Under the pieces are notes generated by a model, which worked only from the letters and a program-made list of their open reading frames with translations, did no database searches and was not told the origin of the DNA. Positions 35,084-45,970 of a stretch of DNA of 64,000 nucleotides are shown piece by piece. Source of the DNA: Rebecca billardiae RCC1528. Its lineage: Eukaryota > Protista > Haptophyta. The position numbers and the translations under genes were made by a program. The stretch covers positions 2,170,001 to 2,234,000 of the forward strand of contig OZ251225.1 in assembly GCA_965240325.2 (NCBI GenBank), in the 5' to 3' direction. Numbering within the stretch: the stretch's first letter is position 1; the number at the start of each line of letters is the position of its first letter.

Positions 35084-38000
35084 TCAGACAGCTCCGCGGC
35101 GTGCGGCTGCACGGCGTGCGCACAACGCGGCGCGCGCGGCGTTGAACTCCTCATCCAGCGCCACAGCGGCGTCCTCTAAGTCCAAGCCCAAGCTGGTGCG
35201 GCCCGCGCAGCCCGCGCGGCCCGCGCCCATCAGCTCCCTCTGCATCTGCTGCGGCAGCAGCTGCTGCGCGTACTGCTGCTGCTGCTGGAGCTGCTGCTGC
35301 TGCCGCTGTGGCCGGCTGTAAATGATGTGGCGCTGCGTCTGCTGCTGTGTCTGCTGCTGCAGCTGCTGGAGCTGCTGCTGCATCAGCAGGTGCTGCGGCT
35401 GCTGCTCGTGCTGCTGCTGCTGCTCGTGCTGCTCGTGCTGCATCAGCAGGTGCTGCTGCTGTGGCCGCGGCAGCAGCACCTGCTGCTGCTCGTGCTGCTG
35501 CTGCTGCTGCTCGTGCTGCTCGTGCTGCATCAGCAGGTGCTGCTGCTGCGGCCGCGGCAGCAGCTGCTGCTGCTGCTCGTGCTGCTGCTGCTGCTCGTGC
35601 TGCTCGTGCTGCATCAGCAGGTGCTGCTGCTGCGGCCGCGGCAGCAGCACCTGCTGCTGTGGCAGCTGCTGCGGCAGCTGCTGCGGCTGCTGCGGCTGCT
35701 GCGAAGGCGAGGGCTGCTGCATCAGGTGGTGGTGGTGATGTAGCGGTGCCTGCTGCTGCTGCTGCATCAGCAAATGCTGCTGCTGCTGCTGCATCCGCTG
35801 CTGCATCCCCTGCTGCATCCGCTGCTGCATCCGCTGCTGCATCCGCTGCTGCATCCGCTGCTGCTGCTGCTGCTCGTGCTGCTGCTGCTGCTCGTGCTGC
35901 TGCTGCTGCTGCTGCTGCTCGTGCTGCATCAGCAGGTGCTGCTGCTGCTGCTCGTGCTGCTGCTGCTGCTCGTGCTGCTCGTGCTGCATCAGCAGGTGCT
36001 GCTGCTGCTGCCGCGGCAGCAGCTGCTGCTGCCGCGGCAGCAGCTGCTGCTGCTGCTGCTCGTGCTGCTGCTGCTGCTCGTGCTGCTCGTGCTGCATCAG
36101 CAGGTGCTGCTGCTGCGACCGCGGCAGCAGCTGCTGCTGCTGCTCGTGCTGCTGCTGCTGCTCGTGCTGCTCGTGCTGCATCAGCAGCTGCTGCTGCTGC
36201 TCGTGCTGCTGCTGCTGCTCGTGCTGCTCGTGCTGCATCAGCAGGTGCTGCTGCTGCGGCCGCGGCAGCAGCTGCTGCTGCTGCTGCCGCTGCTGCTGAT
36301 ATCGAGCCAGCAGAAGCAGCAGGTGCTGCTGCTGCTGCTCCGGCGGCATCTTCAGCAGCCCATCGAGAGAGTGCTGCCCGTCGTCCCCCGGCACACCGTA
36401 CGCATTCATTGCTGTGCGCACCGCCTGCATGTCCTCCTCCTGCTGCGGTGGGAGGTCGTCGGTGCTCGAGTGCCCGAGCGCGCCAAGTGCGGCGCCAGCC
36501 ATTGCATCCTGGGTGGCCCCAAGCTGCTCGACGTCAGAGCGAGGCAGGCCGTGCCACTCCCTCTCGGCCTGCGCGCCCACGTGCATCTCGCCGCCATGAG
36601 GGTCCGGTACGTAGCCGTGGCACGGCGCAGCCGTCGCTCCAATCGGCATCGCGATGGCCATGACGGGCTGCGCGGCTGCGATCGGCTGGCGGCCGCGGCC
36701 GCCGCCGCTCGCGTGCGCGGCGCACGCGTACTGCTGCGCCGCGAGCGAGCCGCTCGCATCCCACGACGGCTGCACCGGCAGCTGAGCGTGGCCCGCCGCC
36801 AGGCGCATGCCATGCTGCTGCGCGGCCCCGCCGAGCGCATGCTCGTACGCGGTGCCAGGGTAGAGAACGCGTGCTTGCACGGGCTCGGCGATGCCGGCGG
36901 CTGAGCGTTGCTCAGGCCCGCCGCGCGCGAGCGCGTGCTGCAGCAGCTGGTGCGCCTGCGCGTCCTCCGAGTCGTGGCAGGCCAGCGTCTGCGTGGCGTA
37001 CTGGTAGCCCACCGCCGTCGCGCCCAGGCTGATCGCGGGCACGTGCGCTCCCGCCATCTCGCCGCTGACCTGCGCGAAGAGCGGCGGCTGCGTGCATCGC
37101 GGGAAGTGCTGCTGCAGCATGGCAGAGCCGGCGCTGCGCTTGCGCGCGGCTGGCCGCGCGCGTGGCTTCGGTGGGCGCGCACTCGACGCGGCGGGCACCG
37201 CCGCCGCCACGGCCGCGGCCGCGCCCTCAGCTGCGGCCGGCGCTGCCGCTGCGTGTGCCTCCGCCTCCGCACCCACCCCAGCTGGCGCGTCGGCCGGAGC
37301 GGCAGCCGGCTGCTCGTCAGCGGGGGACCCGGCCGCGCCGTTCAGCGGCATCGAGCCCGTGCGGATGAACTCGTTGAGCCCGCGCAGCTGTTGCTGCGCC
37401 GCCTCGTACTTCTCGCGGTCTCTCCTGCGCACGGTCGGGCGGCCAGCCGCGAGCGGGGACTTTGCGCGACTCTGCCGTTCAAACTGCCCGTCGCGCAGCT
37501 GCTCCTGCCACTGGTCCAGAGCCTCGCCGTACTGCGGGCAGCGCAGCACCGCGGCGAGGGCGTCGGGGCTCCGATCGGGCTCGGGCAGCAGCTCCGCGAG
37601 CTCCTGCTGCTCGTCAGGCGTCAGCAGCGTCAGGAACGCATGGCTGCCGATCACGCGCCGCAGGTCAACGGTGCCGAGCGGCGAGTGCCGCGAGCGCAGC
37701 GCGTCGCCTGCCTCGGCGGCGAGCGATCCGGGGCCAGCGCGCAGCCGGACGCGTATCGGCCGGCTCGACGCACTCTTCTTCAGGCCGCTCGAGCTGCCCT
37801 GCGCGCGCGCCGCGCTCGCGTCGGGCGTGGGGGCGTCGTCTTCAGCGAGCGCGCTCCGACCAGCTGCAGCCACATCTGCTGTGCCCACAGCAGCGCGCCG
37901 CGCGGCCGCCTGGAGATCGTCGAGAGCAGCCTTGCCCAGCGAGCCCGACGCAGCGCTGCCGCCCTTGCGCATGGGATACACGCGCGACTCTCGCACGCGG

Positions 38001-39022
38001 ATCTCCACGCCGCCGCACAGCACGCGGTACGTACCCTGGTTGACGCCGAGCACCTTGCCAGACTTGCCGTCGTGTGGCCCGCCGCGCACGCAGACGGCGG
38101 TGCCGGGGCGGTAGTTGCTGCCCTGCGCGCCCTTCGCTGGCCGGGCAGCCACTGGCACGGACTCGCGGACGGGCTTGTGCGCAGGCTCCGGCGCAGGTGC
38201 GGCGGCGCCAGGCGGCCCGGCCGCGGGTGCCGCGGCCGCCGGCGCCGGCGCCGGCTCCGCGCCCGCACCGCTTGGTGCCCTGCTCTGCGCCGCCTCCTCG
38301 GCGCGCCTCTGCGCCTCCTCGACGCGCGCGCGCTCCTCCGCGCGATGCCGCTCCTCCTTCATCACCAGGATCCGCCGTGAGCGCTTGACGGACTCCGCCG
38401 AGGGCACGACGAGGTGCGGCCCTCTCCGCGCCTGCTTGGCTCGCAGGGGGGCGGATGCATCGGATCCTGCGGCGGTGTCGGCAGCCGGTGTGGCAGCGGA
38501 CGCTGCAGCAGCCGGTGTGGCAGCGGACGATGCATCTGAGCTCGGCGCACCAGCCGATGCGAGACCCATCGCGTCGTCCAGAGCGCCCATGGCCTGCGAA
38601 GCTGGCGCGTCTGCTGGCGCACACGCCGGCGCGCGCAGCCGCGCGTCCGCAGCTGGCGCGTGTGCGGGAGCGTCTGCTGGCGAGCTAGGATGGCAGCCTG
38701 CGGTCGAGGCCGGCGCCTTCGCTGGAGACTGCCCTTTCATCTGCGCCTCAGCACTCCGCGCAGCCTCGCTCTCCAGCGCGACCGGCGACGCTGCGCGTTG
38801 GCTGCGCGTCGCGGCGGTGCGGGGGCTTTGTCGCACAGCCTCACGGACTGGGCACGAGGACTGCCGCGTCAAAGAGGGACGCGGTCGCGTGGCCGAGGCT
38901 GGGACGTGGGTCTCGTCGAGCGCGTTGGCCTGCGCTGCCTCCGTGCCGTCTGCGAGCCCCGCGTCCGCCCCGCAATCGCCGCCGCCACTTGCGCCGGCGG
39001 CTTCTTCGCTGTCGCTAGACAT
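35084..39022 (-). CDS. DEUBAD (ASX-homology) domain protein with a KOW-like motif and a long polyQ/His repeat region
   Basis: DEUBAD-like segment SPLGTVDLRRVIGSHAFLTLLTPDEQQELAELLPEPDR...YGEALDQWQEQLRDGQFE. KOW-like segment PGTAVCVRGGPHDGKSGKVLGV. ATG at 39022. The C-terminal boundary is uncertain. Confidence 0.75.
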   Translation of the reverse strand: MSSDSEEAAGASGGGDCGADAGLADGTEAAQANALDETHVPASATRPRPSLTRQSSCPVREAVRQSPRTAATRSQRAASPVALESEAARSAEAQMKGQSPAKAPASTAGCHPSSPADAPAHAPAADARLRAPACAPADAPASQAMGALDDAMGLASAGAPSSDASSAATPAAAASAATPAADTAAGSDASAPLRAKQARRGPHLVVPSAESVKRSRRILVMKEERHRAEERARVEEAQRRAEEAAQSRAPSGAGAEPAPAPAAAAPAAGPPGAAAPAPEPAHKPVRESVPVAARPAKGAQGSNYRPGTAVCVRGGPHDGKSGKVLGVNQGTYRVLCGGVEIRVRESRVYPMRKGGSAASGSLGKAALDDLQAAARRAAVGTADVAAAGRSALAEDDAPTPDASAARAQGSSSGLKKSASSRPIRVRLRAGPGSLAAEAGDALRSRHSPLGTVDLRRVIGSHAFLTLLTPDEQQELAELLPEPDRSPDALAAVLRCPQYGEALDQWQEQLRDGQFERQSRAKSPLAAGRPTVRRRDREKYEAAQQQLRGLNEFIRTGSMPLNGAAGSPADEQPAAAPADAPAGVGAEAEAHAAAAPAAAEGAAAAVAAAVPAASSARPPKPRARPAARKRSAGSAMLQQHFPRCTQPPLFAQVSGEMAGAHVPAISLGATAVGYQYATQTLACHDSEDAQAHQLLQHALARGGPEQRSAAGIAEPVQARVLYPGTAYEHALGGAAQQHGMRLAAGHAQLPVQPSWDASGSLAAQQYACAAHASGGGRGRQPIAAAQPVMAIAMPIGATAAPCHGYVPDPHGGEMHVGAQAEREWHGLPRSDVEQLGATQDAMAGAALGALGHSSTDDLPPQQEEDMQAVRTAMNAYGVPGDDGQHSLDGLLKMPPEQQQQHLLLLLARYQQQRQQQQQLLPRPQQQHLLMQHEQHEQQQQHEQQQQLLMQHEQHEQQQQHEQQQQLLPRSQQQHLLMQHEQHEQQQQHEQQQQQLLPRQQQLLPRQQQQHLLMQHEQHEQQQQHEQQQQHLLMQHEQQQQQQQHEQQQQHEQQQQQRMQQRMQQRMQQRMQQGMQQRMQQQQQHLLMQQQQQAPLHHHHHLMQQPSPSQQPQQPQQLPQQLPQQQVLLPRPQQQHLLMQHEQHEQQQQHEQQQQLLPRPQQQHLLMQHEQHEQQQQQHEQQQVLLPRPQQQHLLMQHEQHEQQQQHEQQPQHLLMQQQLQQLQQQTQQQTQRHIIYSRPQRQQQQLQQQQQYAQQLLPQQMQRELMGAGRAGCAGRTSLGLDLEDAAVALDEEFNAARAALCARRAAARRGAV
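35268..36340 (-). repeat. Coding CAG-rich minisatellite (polyQ with HLLMQHEQHE, LLPRP and RMQQ modules)
   Basis: Visible (CTG)n arrays on the + strand with repeated higher-order units. Confidence 0.95.
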
Positions 39023-39222
39023 GGTGGCGACAGCGAGCCCGCTGCGCACCCGCCTGCTCGCGTCTCTGCGATTTTCAATAAAGCGAGCGGCTGTGATTTG
39101 ACTGCTGATTTTTTTTGGCGGCCCGCGGCCGCGGGCCGCGGGCGGGCGCGTGAGGTGGGCGTCAATCTCGCCTGCCTGAGCTGTGTGCGTCTCTTATTCT
39201 TAGTAAATTGTAGCTCTGCAGG

Positions 39223-39828
39223 ATGGCGGTCGAGCAGGTGTGCGTGGTGGCGTGTAAGGCCTTCCTTGACGCCGACGCGGCAGCTTCCGCGTGGCTGGAG
39301 GAGCGGGTGGCGCTGCTCTACGAAGCGACTGATTGTGTGCAGCGTGCGCGGGGGCAAGCCCCTGCAGGACGGGGCCTCCTCAGTGCAGAATCAGTCGCCC
39401 ATGCTGGGAGGCTTCAGGCTGGCAACGCGCTCGAGCGCCTGTCGGCGTGCCTCACGCGTGTGCAGGAGGACCTCAGCGAGCACGCTGCGGGCCTCGAGGA
39501 CGCGAATCTAGCGCTGGCCGATGCTAAGGCGACGCTATCACTCGCGTGCTCGCCAGAGGAGGCATGCGTGGCAGCCGATGCGCTGAATGGCTGCTCCATT
39601 GCTGACACGCTGGCTGCGCTGGATGCCCTGGCTGGTGCGCTGGAGGGCGAAATCCAGCTGACGGAGTGGGCTCAGGCGCAGTTGCACGCAGATTCGACGG
39701 CAGAGGTGTGCCAGGGTCTGCTGATCTCTCTTCGATTGCGACCATTCGTCTCTGCCGCGACAGCGCGTGCCGCGCGGGTTCACATCGAGCGAGCTGCACG
39801 TGGGGGCACGTCGTCATCGGGTGCCTGA
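39223..39828 (+). CDS. 201-aa helical protein, possibly C1orf109/AIRIM-like
   Basis: Clean ATG ORF divergent from the DEUBAD gene. Its size and the segments CSIADTLAALDAL and LRLRPFV recall the C1orf109 family. Family call is weak. Confidence 0.5.
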   Translation: MAVEQVCVVACKAFLDADAAASAWLEERVALLYEATDCVQRARGQAPAGRGLLSAESVAHAGRLQAGNALERLSACLTRVQEDLSEHAAGLEDANLALADAKATLSLACSPEEACVAADALNGCSIADTLAALDALAGALEGEIQLTEWAQAQLHADSTAEVCQGLLISLRLRPFVSAATARAARVHIERAARGGTSSSGA

Positions 39829-40191
39829 CTCCACACTGGCCTGTCTGTCTCCTGACGAGGCCATGTGCGCGCTGCGGGGCCGAGGTGCGCGCCGCGGGGC
39901 CCGTCGGGGGCAGCGCGTCGCGCAAGTGGAGACCAGCCACCGGATCATCACTTCATCAGTCGGTCATCCACCGGCAGGGCGACGCGGCGGGAGCCCCAGA
40001 CAGCCCTCAGTCCGCCATCCGACGATGGGCACGATCACGATGGCGTGTGGATCACAGATTCATACGCACACTCACAGTAGATTTGCTACTATAATTAATT
40101 AGCTGCTAGCTAGACGAGTTAACTCACGCGTGTGTCGTGGTGATGTGGACCGCGTGACTCAATCACTGAGTCGGATATGATTATACTTAGT

Positions 40192-40193
<2 letters not shown>

Positions 40194-40262
<69 letters not shown>
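40194..40262. repeat. (TA)n microsatellite
   Basis: Directly visible. Confidence 0.98.
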
Positions 40263-40264
<2 letters not shown>

Positions 40265-41132
40265 TAATTAATATCCGGCGATTATCCGCGTCGGCTAAGT
40301 GAGTCACATTACTTCCGACCCGGGGCTCACCCGGCCGGTCAGGTGCCAGTGATTGCGTCACAGTCACACGCTGAGCCATTCGTCTATTCGATGCGGATGA
40401 TGTATTGAATTCATGTATATCATTGCGGTAATTGCGGATCCGCGGTGGCGCGCGCGCGTCGACGCCAGACGGTGCGTTGTTGAGGCTTCCGGGCCCCCTG
40501 AGGCTTCCGCTCGGCGATGGCGGATGGAGTGATTGATGGGCGGCTACGACTTACGAGGGCCGAGGGGGGGGACGACGGCGAGGAGCGCTGATCCTGGTGT
40601 TTGTCTCTGCTGCTCGATCTGCTGCTACAGCTTGCTGACTCTGACGCCTGCTCGTTGCATACTGTACTACGTCCGGTTCAATGTACTATAGTGCGGATCT
40701 AGCTGCTATTATTTAATATTATTAAATAATTTAAAACAATATATATATATGATGTACTTATAATCAGTTAAAAACCGTATACTAGGCTACGACTATGCCC
40801 GAACGCGTGCGGAACGGTGCGCGGCCGAGTTGGATGTTGGCGTCACTGCAGTAGACAGCCAGTAACCGTGTTGGCTGCCTAGTGCAGCCTGCGGCCTGCA
40901 CCGTAGCCCCGCGGGCCGGGGCACGTTCTGATACGGTGCGCGGGTTCTGCAGCCGAATCACGATCAGCCGATCAGTGCCGGTTCGCCAGACTCTCGGCGA
41001 TGAACTCTCGCGATTCGCGCAGTGCCACCCGCGGCAGGACCGCAATCCACAACCGCCATCGGCACTCGCGATCGACAGCTGCTGGCCGTCGTCGATCCAG
41101 CGTGACCGAGGCTCCAACCGTGGTGCGATCGG

Positions 41133-41847
41133 TCAATCGAGCTTGATCTTGCCGCCGACAGCCTCGAGCTTCTCCTTCATGGCCTCTGCGTCCGCCTTCT
41201 TCACATCCTCCTTCAGCTGCTTTGGCGCCCCCTCGACCGCCTCCTTGGCCTCCTTCAGACCCAGGCCGGTGATCGCGCGCACCTCCTTAATGAGCTTGAT
41301 CTTCGATTCCGCGTCAAAGCTCTCGAGGATGACGTTGAACGAGGTCTTCTCCGCCGCGGGCTCTGCTTCCTCCGCGGGCGCCGCTGCGGCTGGGGCAGCT
41401 TGCGCCGGTGCGGCGCCCATAGGTGCTGCCATCATGACATCCTTGATGCCCAGTCTCTCCTGCGGTGGCGGCGGATGGGCGAGCGCCCGAGCGTAGCCGC
41501 AGCACGTGAGCGCGCGCGCAGGGCGAGACGTGCCGGCGCGGCGCGGGTGCGTGGCATCAGTTGGGGATCGGCGCGGCAAGCACGCGGACCTTCAGCGTCT
41601 CGGTGAGCTCTGCTGCTTCGAGCAGCGTCAGAGACGCAATCTCCTGCGCCAGTCGTTCAACTTTCTCCGACTTGTGAGGCGAGCTGTCCGTGGCAGGCTC
41701 GCTGAGCCGTGCGACGGCGCTGCGGTGGAATGATCGCCTCTCGAGTGGCAAGCAGGCGCGCGCGTAGCTCGTCGCCAGCGGTGCCCGCGCCGCTCGCCCG
41801 AAGGCGTCGCGCGCCGGTGCGCGGCTGGCTGCAAGCCGAAGCAGCAT
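41133..41847 (-). CDS. MRPL12: Ribosomal protein bL12 (L7/L12), mitochondrial-type; exons 41847-41590 and 41459-41133
   Basis: Motifs [17 protein letters not shown]|ERLGI and [28 protein letters not shown]. The presequence is Arg/Ala/Ser-rich with no hydrophobic signal peptide, suggesting mitochondrial targeting. Confidence 0.92.
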
Positions 41848-42128
41848 GTCACCGCACGATCGCAAGGCCGCGTCACCACGGACCCCCACGGCAGTCCGGG
41901 CGCAGGCTCGACGACGACGAAATGCGATGCCCGTCGTCCATAATATATTCGATAAAAGGGGAAGGGGAATACAAACGCCGCGCGCCGCGCGGAAAGTCGC
42001 GCGGACGGTGCGGCAGCGGTGGTTGGAGGTTCCTCAGGAACAGCAGGCTGCGGCGACTTGCCGGCGGCGGCTCTCAACCCCTTCGAACTTCGCAGCGCAG
42101 TAGCGGAGCTCTTCCGTGAAGGGGCAAG

Positions 42129-44599
42129 ATGCGTGCGTGGCTCGGGTATGGCGGGGCGAAGCGGCGCGCGAGCGCCGCCAAGGATGACGACCCGCTGAGC
42201 ATGACCATCGCCGAGATGGATGCGGTACACCCAGCAAGCCGGCAAGTGCAGAGCAGTCGCTCGACACATGCGCTGCACAAGCTCCAGCCCATCAAGACGA
42301 ACCGCAGCTTCAAGGCGCAGATGCTCGCGCTGACCTTTGGGACGGGCACGGGGCAGTACTCCCTGCTCGCGTTCGGCGCGCTCGTCCTGGTCATCCTCGG
42401 TGCCATCTTCTGGGTGGCGTTTGCAGACGGCGTGGAAAGTTACGATCGCTCGTGGCGCGCGGCCATGTGGCTGAGCTGGGGCATCTTCTTCGATCCGGGC
42501 ACGCACACGGGGCTTTCCTACGACGACGGCGAGGTGGACAAGTTCATCGTGGTCATCTTCTCCGTCTTCGGCTTCCTCTTCAACCTCGTCTTCCTCGGCG
42601 TGATCGTCGACAACATCCGCAAGGTACTCGACAGATTTTACACGCGGTACGCCGAGATCCAGGCGACCGACCACGTCGTGATCCTGGGCTGGACGCCGCG
42701 CACGCTCTTCCTGATCAACGAGGTGATCGCGCTCTTCGAGGACCAGGGCACCGACGGCGAGATCGTCGTCGTCGGCAACCGCGTGCGGTACGACATGGAG
42801 CGCGCCGTGGAGCTCGCATTCCGCAAGCGGCAACCGCCCGTGCCAAAGAACGTGCGCGTGCGCTGCTGGGAGGGCGACACCGCCGAGGAGGACGACCTCA
42901 CGCGGCTCTCGCTCTCGGACGCACGCTTCGTCGTCGCGCTCAGCGAGTCGAACGACCCGCGCCTCGCCGACGCGCAGGCGATCGAGATGATCCTCGCGCT
43001 GCAATCGCTGGAGGATGAGGACAAGGTGCGAGCGCACGCCGCGCGCCGCGCGCCGCGCGCGCGCAGGTGGCGCGCGCTGCGAGCGCAGACGGCGAGCGGC
43101 CCGCGGCCCCGGTGGGCGCTGTTCGGCGGCGAGGCCGCGACGCGCGCCGAGTCCCCGCGCGCCGCCCCTGCTCCCCCGCGCGCCGCGCGCCGCAGTGCCG
43201 AGGGCCCATCATCGCCGAGCTGCGCACGAAGGATGCCTTGGACGTCGTGCGCACCGTCAACGAGACGTCGACGACCGATGTGCTTGCCGTCAACTCGTCG
43301 CGTCTGGTCGACATGATTGTGAGCATGACGATGCTCCGCCCGACGCTGGGGCGGGCGCTCGTGCAGCTCACGAGCTTCTTCGGCAACAACTTCATGTTCG
43401 TCCCGGTGACGCCGGCGCAGGAGGGCCTCACGTTCGTCGAGGCCTCGGCGCAGTACCCTCGTGCGATTGTGATGGGCCTGCGCCCGAATGGCGGTATCCC
43501 CGTGATCGCTCCGGGGCAGAGCACCGTGCTCAAGAAGGGCGACCGGCTGCTGTGCGTCGCTGAGAATCGGTCGGACGTGCTCCTGGCCGACGCTCTCGCC
43601 GCCGCCGCTTCCACCACCGCCGCTGCGTCGCGAAGCGGTGCTGTGCCGATGGCGCCCGTGTCCTCGCCGCCGCGTCTGAGTAACGCGCAGCGCTCCGCCT
43701 CGTCCGCGCGCCTCGCGCAAGCCACGGTCGCCGACAAGTCCATCGCTGATCTCACGCCGAAGGCGCAGAAGGTCGTGGTGATCGGCTGGCGGACGGCGCG
43801 CGAGATGGCCGCGCTCGTGCGCTCCATGTCCCAGCTGCTCGCCCCTGGCTCGGAGATCTTCATCGTCTCGCAGATGGAGGCGGAGCCGCGCGAGAAGGCG
43901 CTTGAGGCCGAGAGGCACGGCATGCCTGACGGCACGGACTTTGCGCACGTGACGCACGTGATGGGCTCGCCGATGTCCACCGCCGTGCTCGGGCGGCTGC
44001 CGCTGCACGCTGCGGCCGTGGCGCTCGTCATCGCCGACTCGGCGGGCTCGTCCGCGGTCACCGATGGCGACTACCAGGACGGAGACGCGCGGCTTGACGA
44101 CGCGCGCGTGTACGCGGTGACGACCCTGCTGCGCGCGTGCGCAGGGCCCGGCCTGCGCATCGTCACGTCGTTCAGCCACATCATGACGTACCGGCTGCTG
44201 ATCCGTGGCTCGTCGGGCCGGGTCGGCGACAATGACACGACCAAGATCGTGCACCGCAACGCGCTCGAGGTGGGGCTCATCGCGATGCAGGCGAGCGACC
44301 CGACGCTCTCGCTCGTGTACAGAGAGCTGCTGGGCGCGGACGCGGTGGCCAACCGCGTCGTGTTCGTGATGAAGTTCGACGAGGCGCGGCGCACGCTGCG
44401 GCTGACGGGCTCGTCGTACTCCTTCGCGGACATGGCCGAGCGCCTGCTGCGCACGTTTGGCCACGTCCTCTTCGGCCACCGGACTTTCGACATCGCCACC
44501 GGCGAGCCTGAGCTCAACCCGCCGCACAAGGACACGCCGATCGAGTGGCGCGCTCAGGACGAGCTCTTGCTCTTCCGCCACCGCAAGGCGTCGGCGTGA
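42129..44599 (+). CDS. CASTOR/POLLUX/DMI1-like cation channel with RCK domains; exons 42129-43025 and 43196-44599; ~766 aa
   Basis: TM-pore-TM unit (WLSWGIFFDPGTHTG...VFGFLFNLVFLGVIVD) and RCK1 (HVVILGW...DLTRLSLSDARFVVALS...ADAQAIEMILAL...IIAEL). Then RPTLGRALVQL, RCK2 VVVIGWR, and C-terminal LNPPHK. Confidence 0.85.
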
Positions 44600-45008
44600 C
44601 GCCGTGGACGTGCGTCTGAGTGAGTGAGGGGCGGTCGACCCGTGCTGACCCTCGCGCGCGGCCCAACGCCATGGTGTGACAATCCGGCTGTGTGACCGCG
44701 CCAATCGTGCTGCAGCCTGCAGCTGCAGGTCGCCCGCTCGGTAGTCGGTAGACGTGAGGCCCGGCACTCACGGCAGGCCGCGGGCCCTGCGCTCGGCTGC
44801 GCTGCCGGCCTAGGGCTACAGTAGTGCCAACCTGCGCTCGGTACTCTCGGTCTCGGTACGGTGCCGGCGGGGTGGGCAGTACGTCAGGGCCACCGAGACA
44901 GACACCGACTCCGCGCTTCATCGTTCATATTTATTTGAATCATAGCTCAGTATACTCAGACGAGGCGGTAGTAACAGCAGAACTGCTAGTTAGTCATACT
45001 GAAACTGA

Positions 45009-45350
45009 TTATGGCCCGCGGTGCAGGGCGGAGCGCGCAGCGTGGAGCCCGCACCAGCGGGCCGGAACCACGTTTCAAAAAGATCTTTGATCAAGAAAAA
45101 GGGACGCGGGGGCCGATTTTTAGGGCTGGCGGAGACCGAGTTTCGAATTTTGAGACCCTCTCTACAGATGCATCACGGAGAAAAAAACCGCGTCCACGAC
45201 ATTCCCCTAATCAATCGTGGACGGCCGGGCGTGAGAGTTCACTTCTGTGTGAAGTAGGACGGTTACAAGTCCAATACAAGCGTCAGCTTCTCCTAAATTC
45301 CCCTTTATAACGGGCTCCGGGTGATCAGACTGGCGGCCGAAGCCTCCAGC
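45009..45350 (+). mobile_element. Repeat family B, longer copy
   Basis: The 5' part matches 33507-33724. The 3' part TAAATTCCCCTTTATAACGGGCTCCGGGTG...CTGGCGGCCGAAGCCTC matches 22590-22641. Hairpins at both ends. Confidence 0.7.
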
Positions 45351-45970
45351 CCTACCCTGGCCAGCCCCCAACCAACCACCACTTCTTTGAGGCTATTTTT
45401 GCACGTCCTTACGGGATCAGTGAAGTAACCAACCGATATATATTGGCTTCGTCGGGGTCGTATTCACTACTGGAGTATATTGGGTAATTGTGGGTACTCT
45501 CGTTCAGTCTATCATATCAGTACATTGGCTCGCTAACGGTGTTGGGGGCATAAGGTCATTTTGGGTAATTGTGGGTATTATCATACCCAGTTGGGGGCCA
45601 GGGGGCGCGCGGCACGCGCTCGCTCCAAAACGGGGCGAGCCCTCGTCGCCCTCGATCGACCGCCATCGGTGTGGACGACCGCGCGGAGCGCGCGCCGCGC
45701 GCGCGCCGCCCGCGCGGCCGCGGGCGCCTCCCGCGCGGGTGGCGCACGCCCGCCCGCGCGCCCGCCCGCGCGCGCGGCCGCGTTTGCGGGCGCGCGCGGA
45801 TTTTCGAAGGCTTCTGTCTGTCGGGCGTTGCGTCCGACTCGTGCGCCATGTCGTGCCATGTCGTGGCGTGCGCATGTGCGCACTCTCGGTGGGGTGGTGC
45901 GCGGGCGGCGGCGCTCTCCTGAATTCTACCCCGCGCCCGTTTCGCTGTGCGTGCGCGCTGCGTCGCGCAG

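Noticed and set aside
35322-36904. Poly-Cys, poly-Leu and poly-Ala ORFs on the + strand
   Set aside because: They are antisense shadows of the CAG-rich coding repeat.
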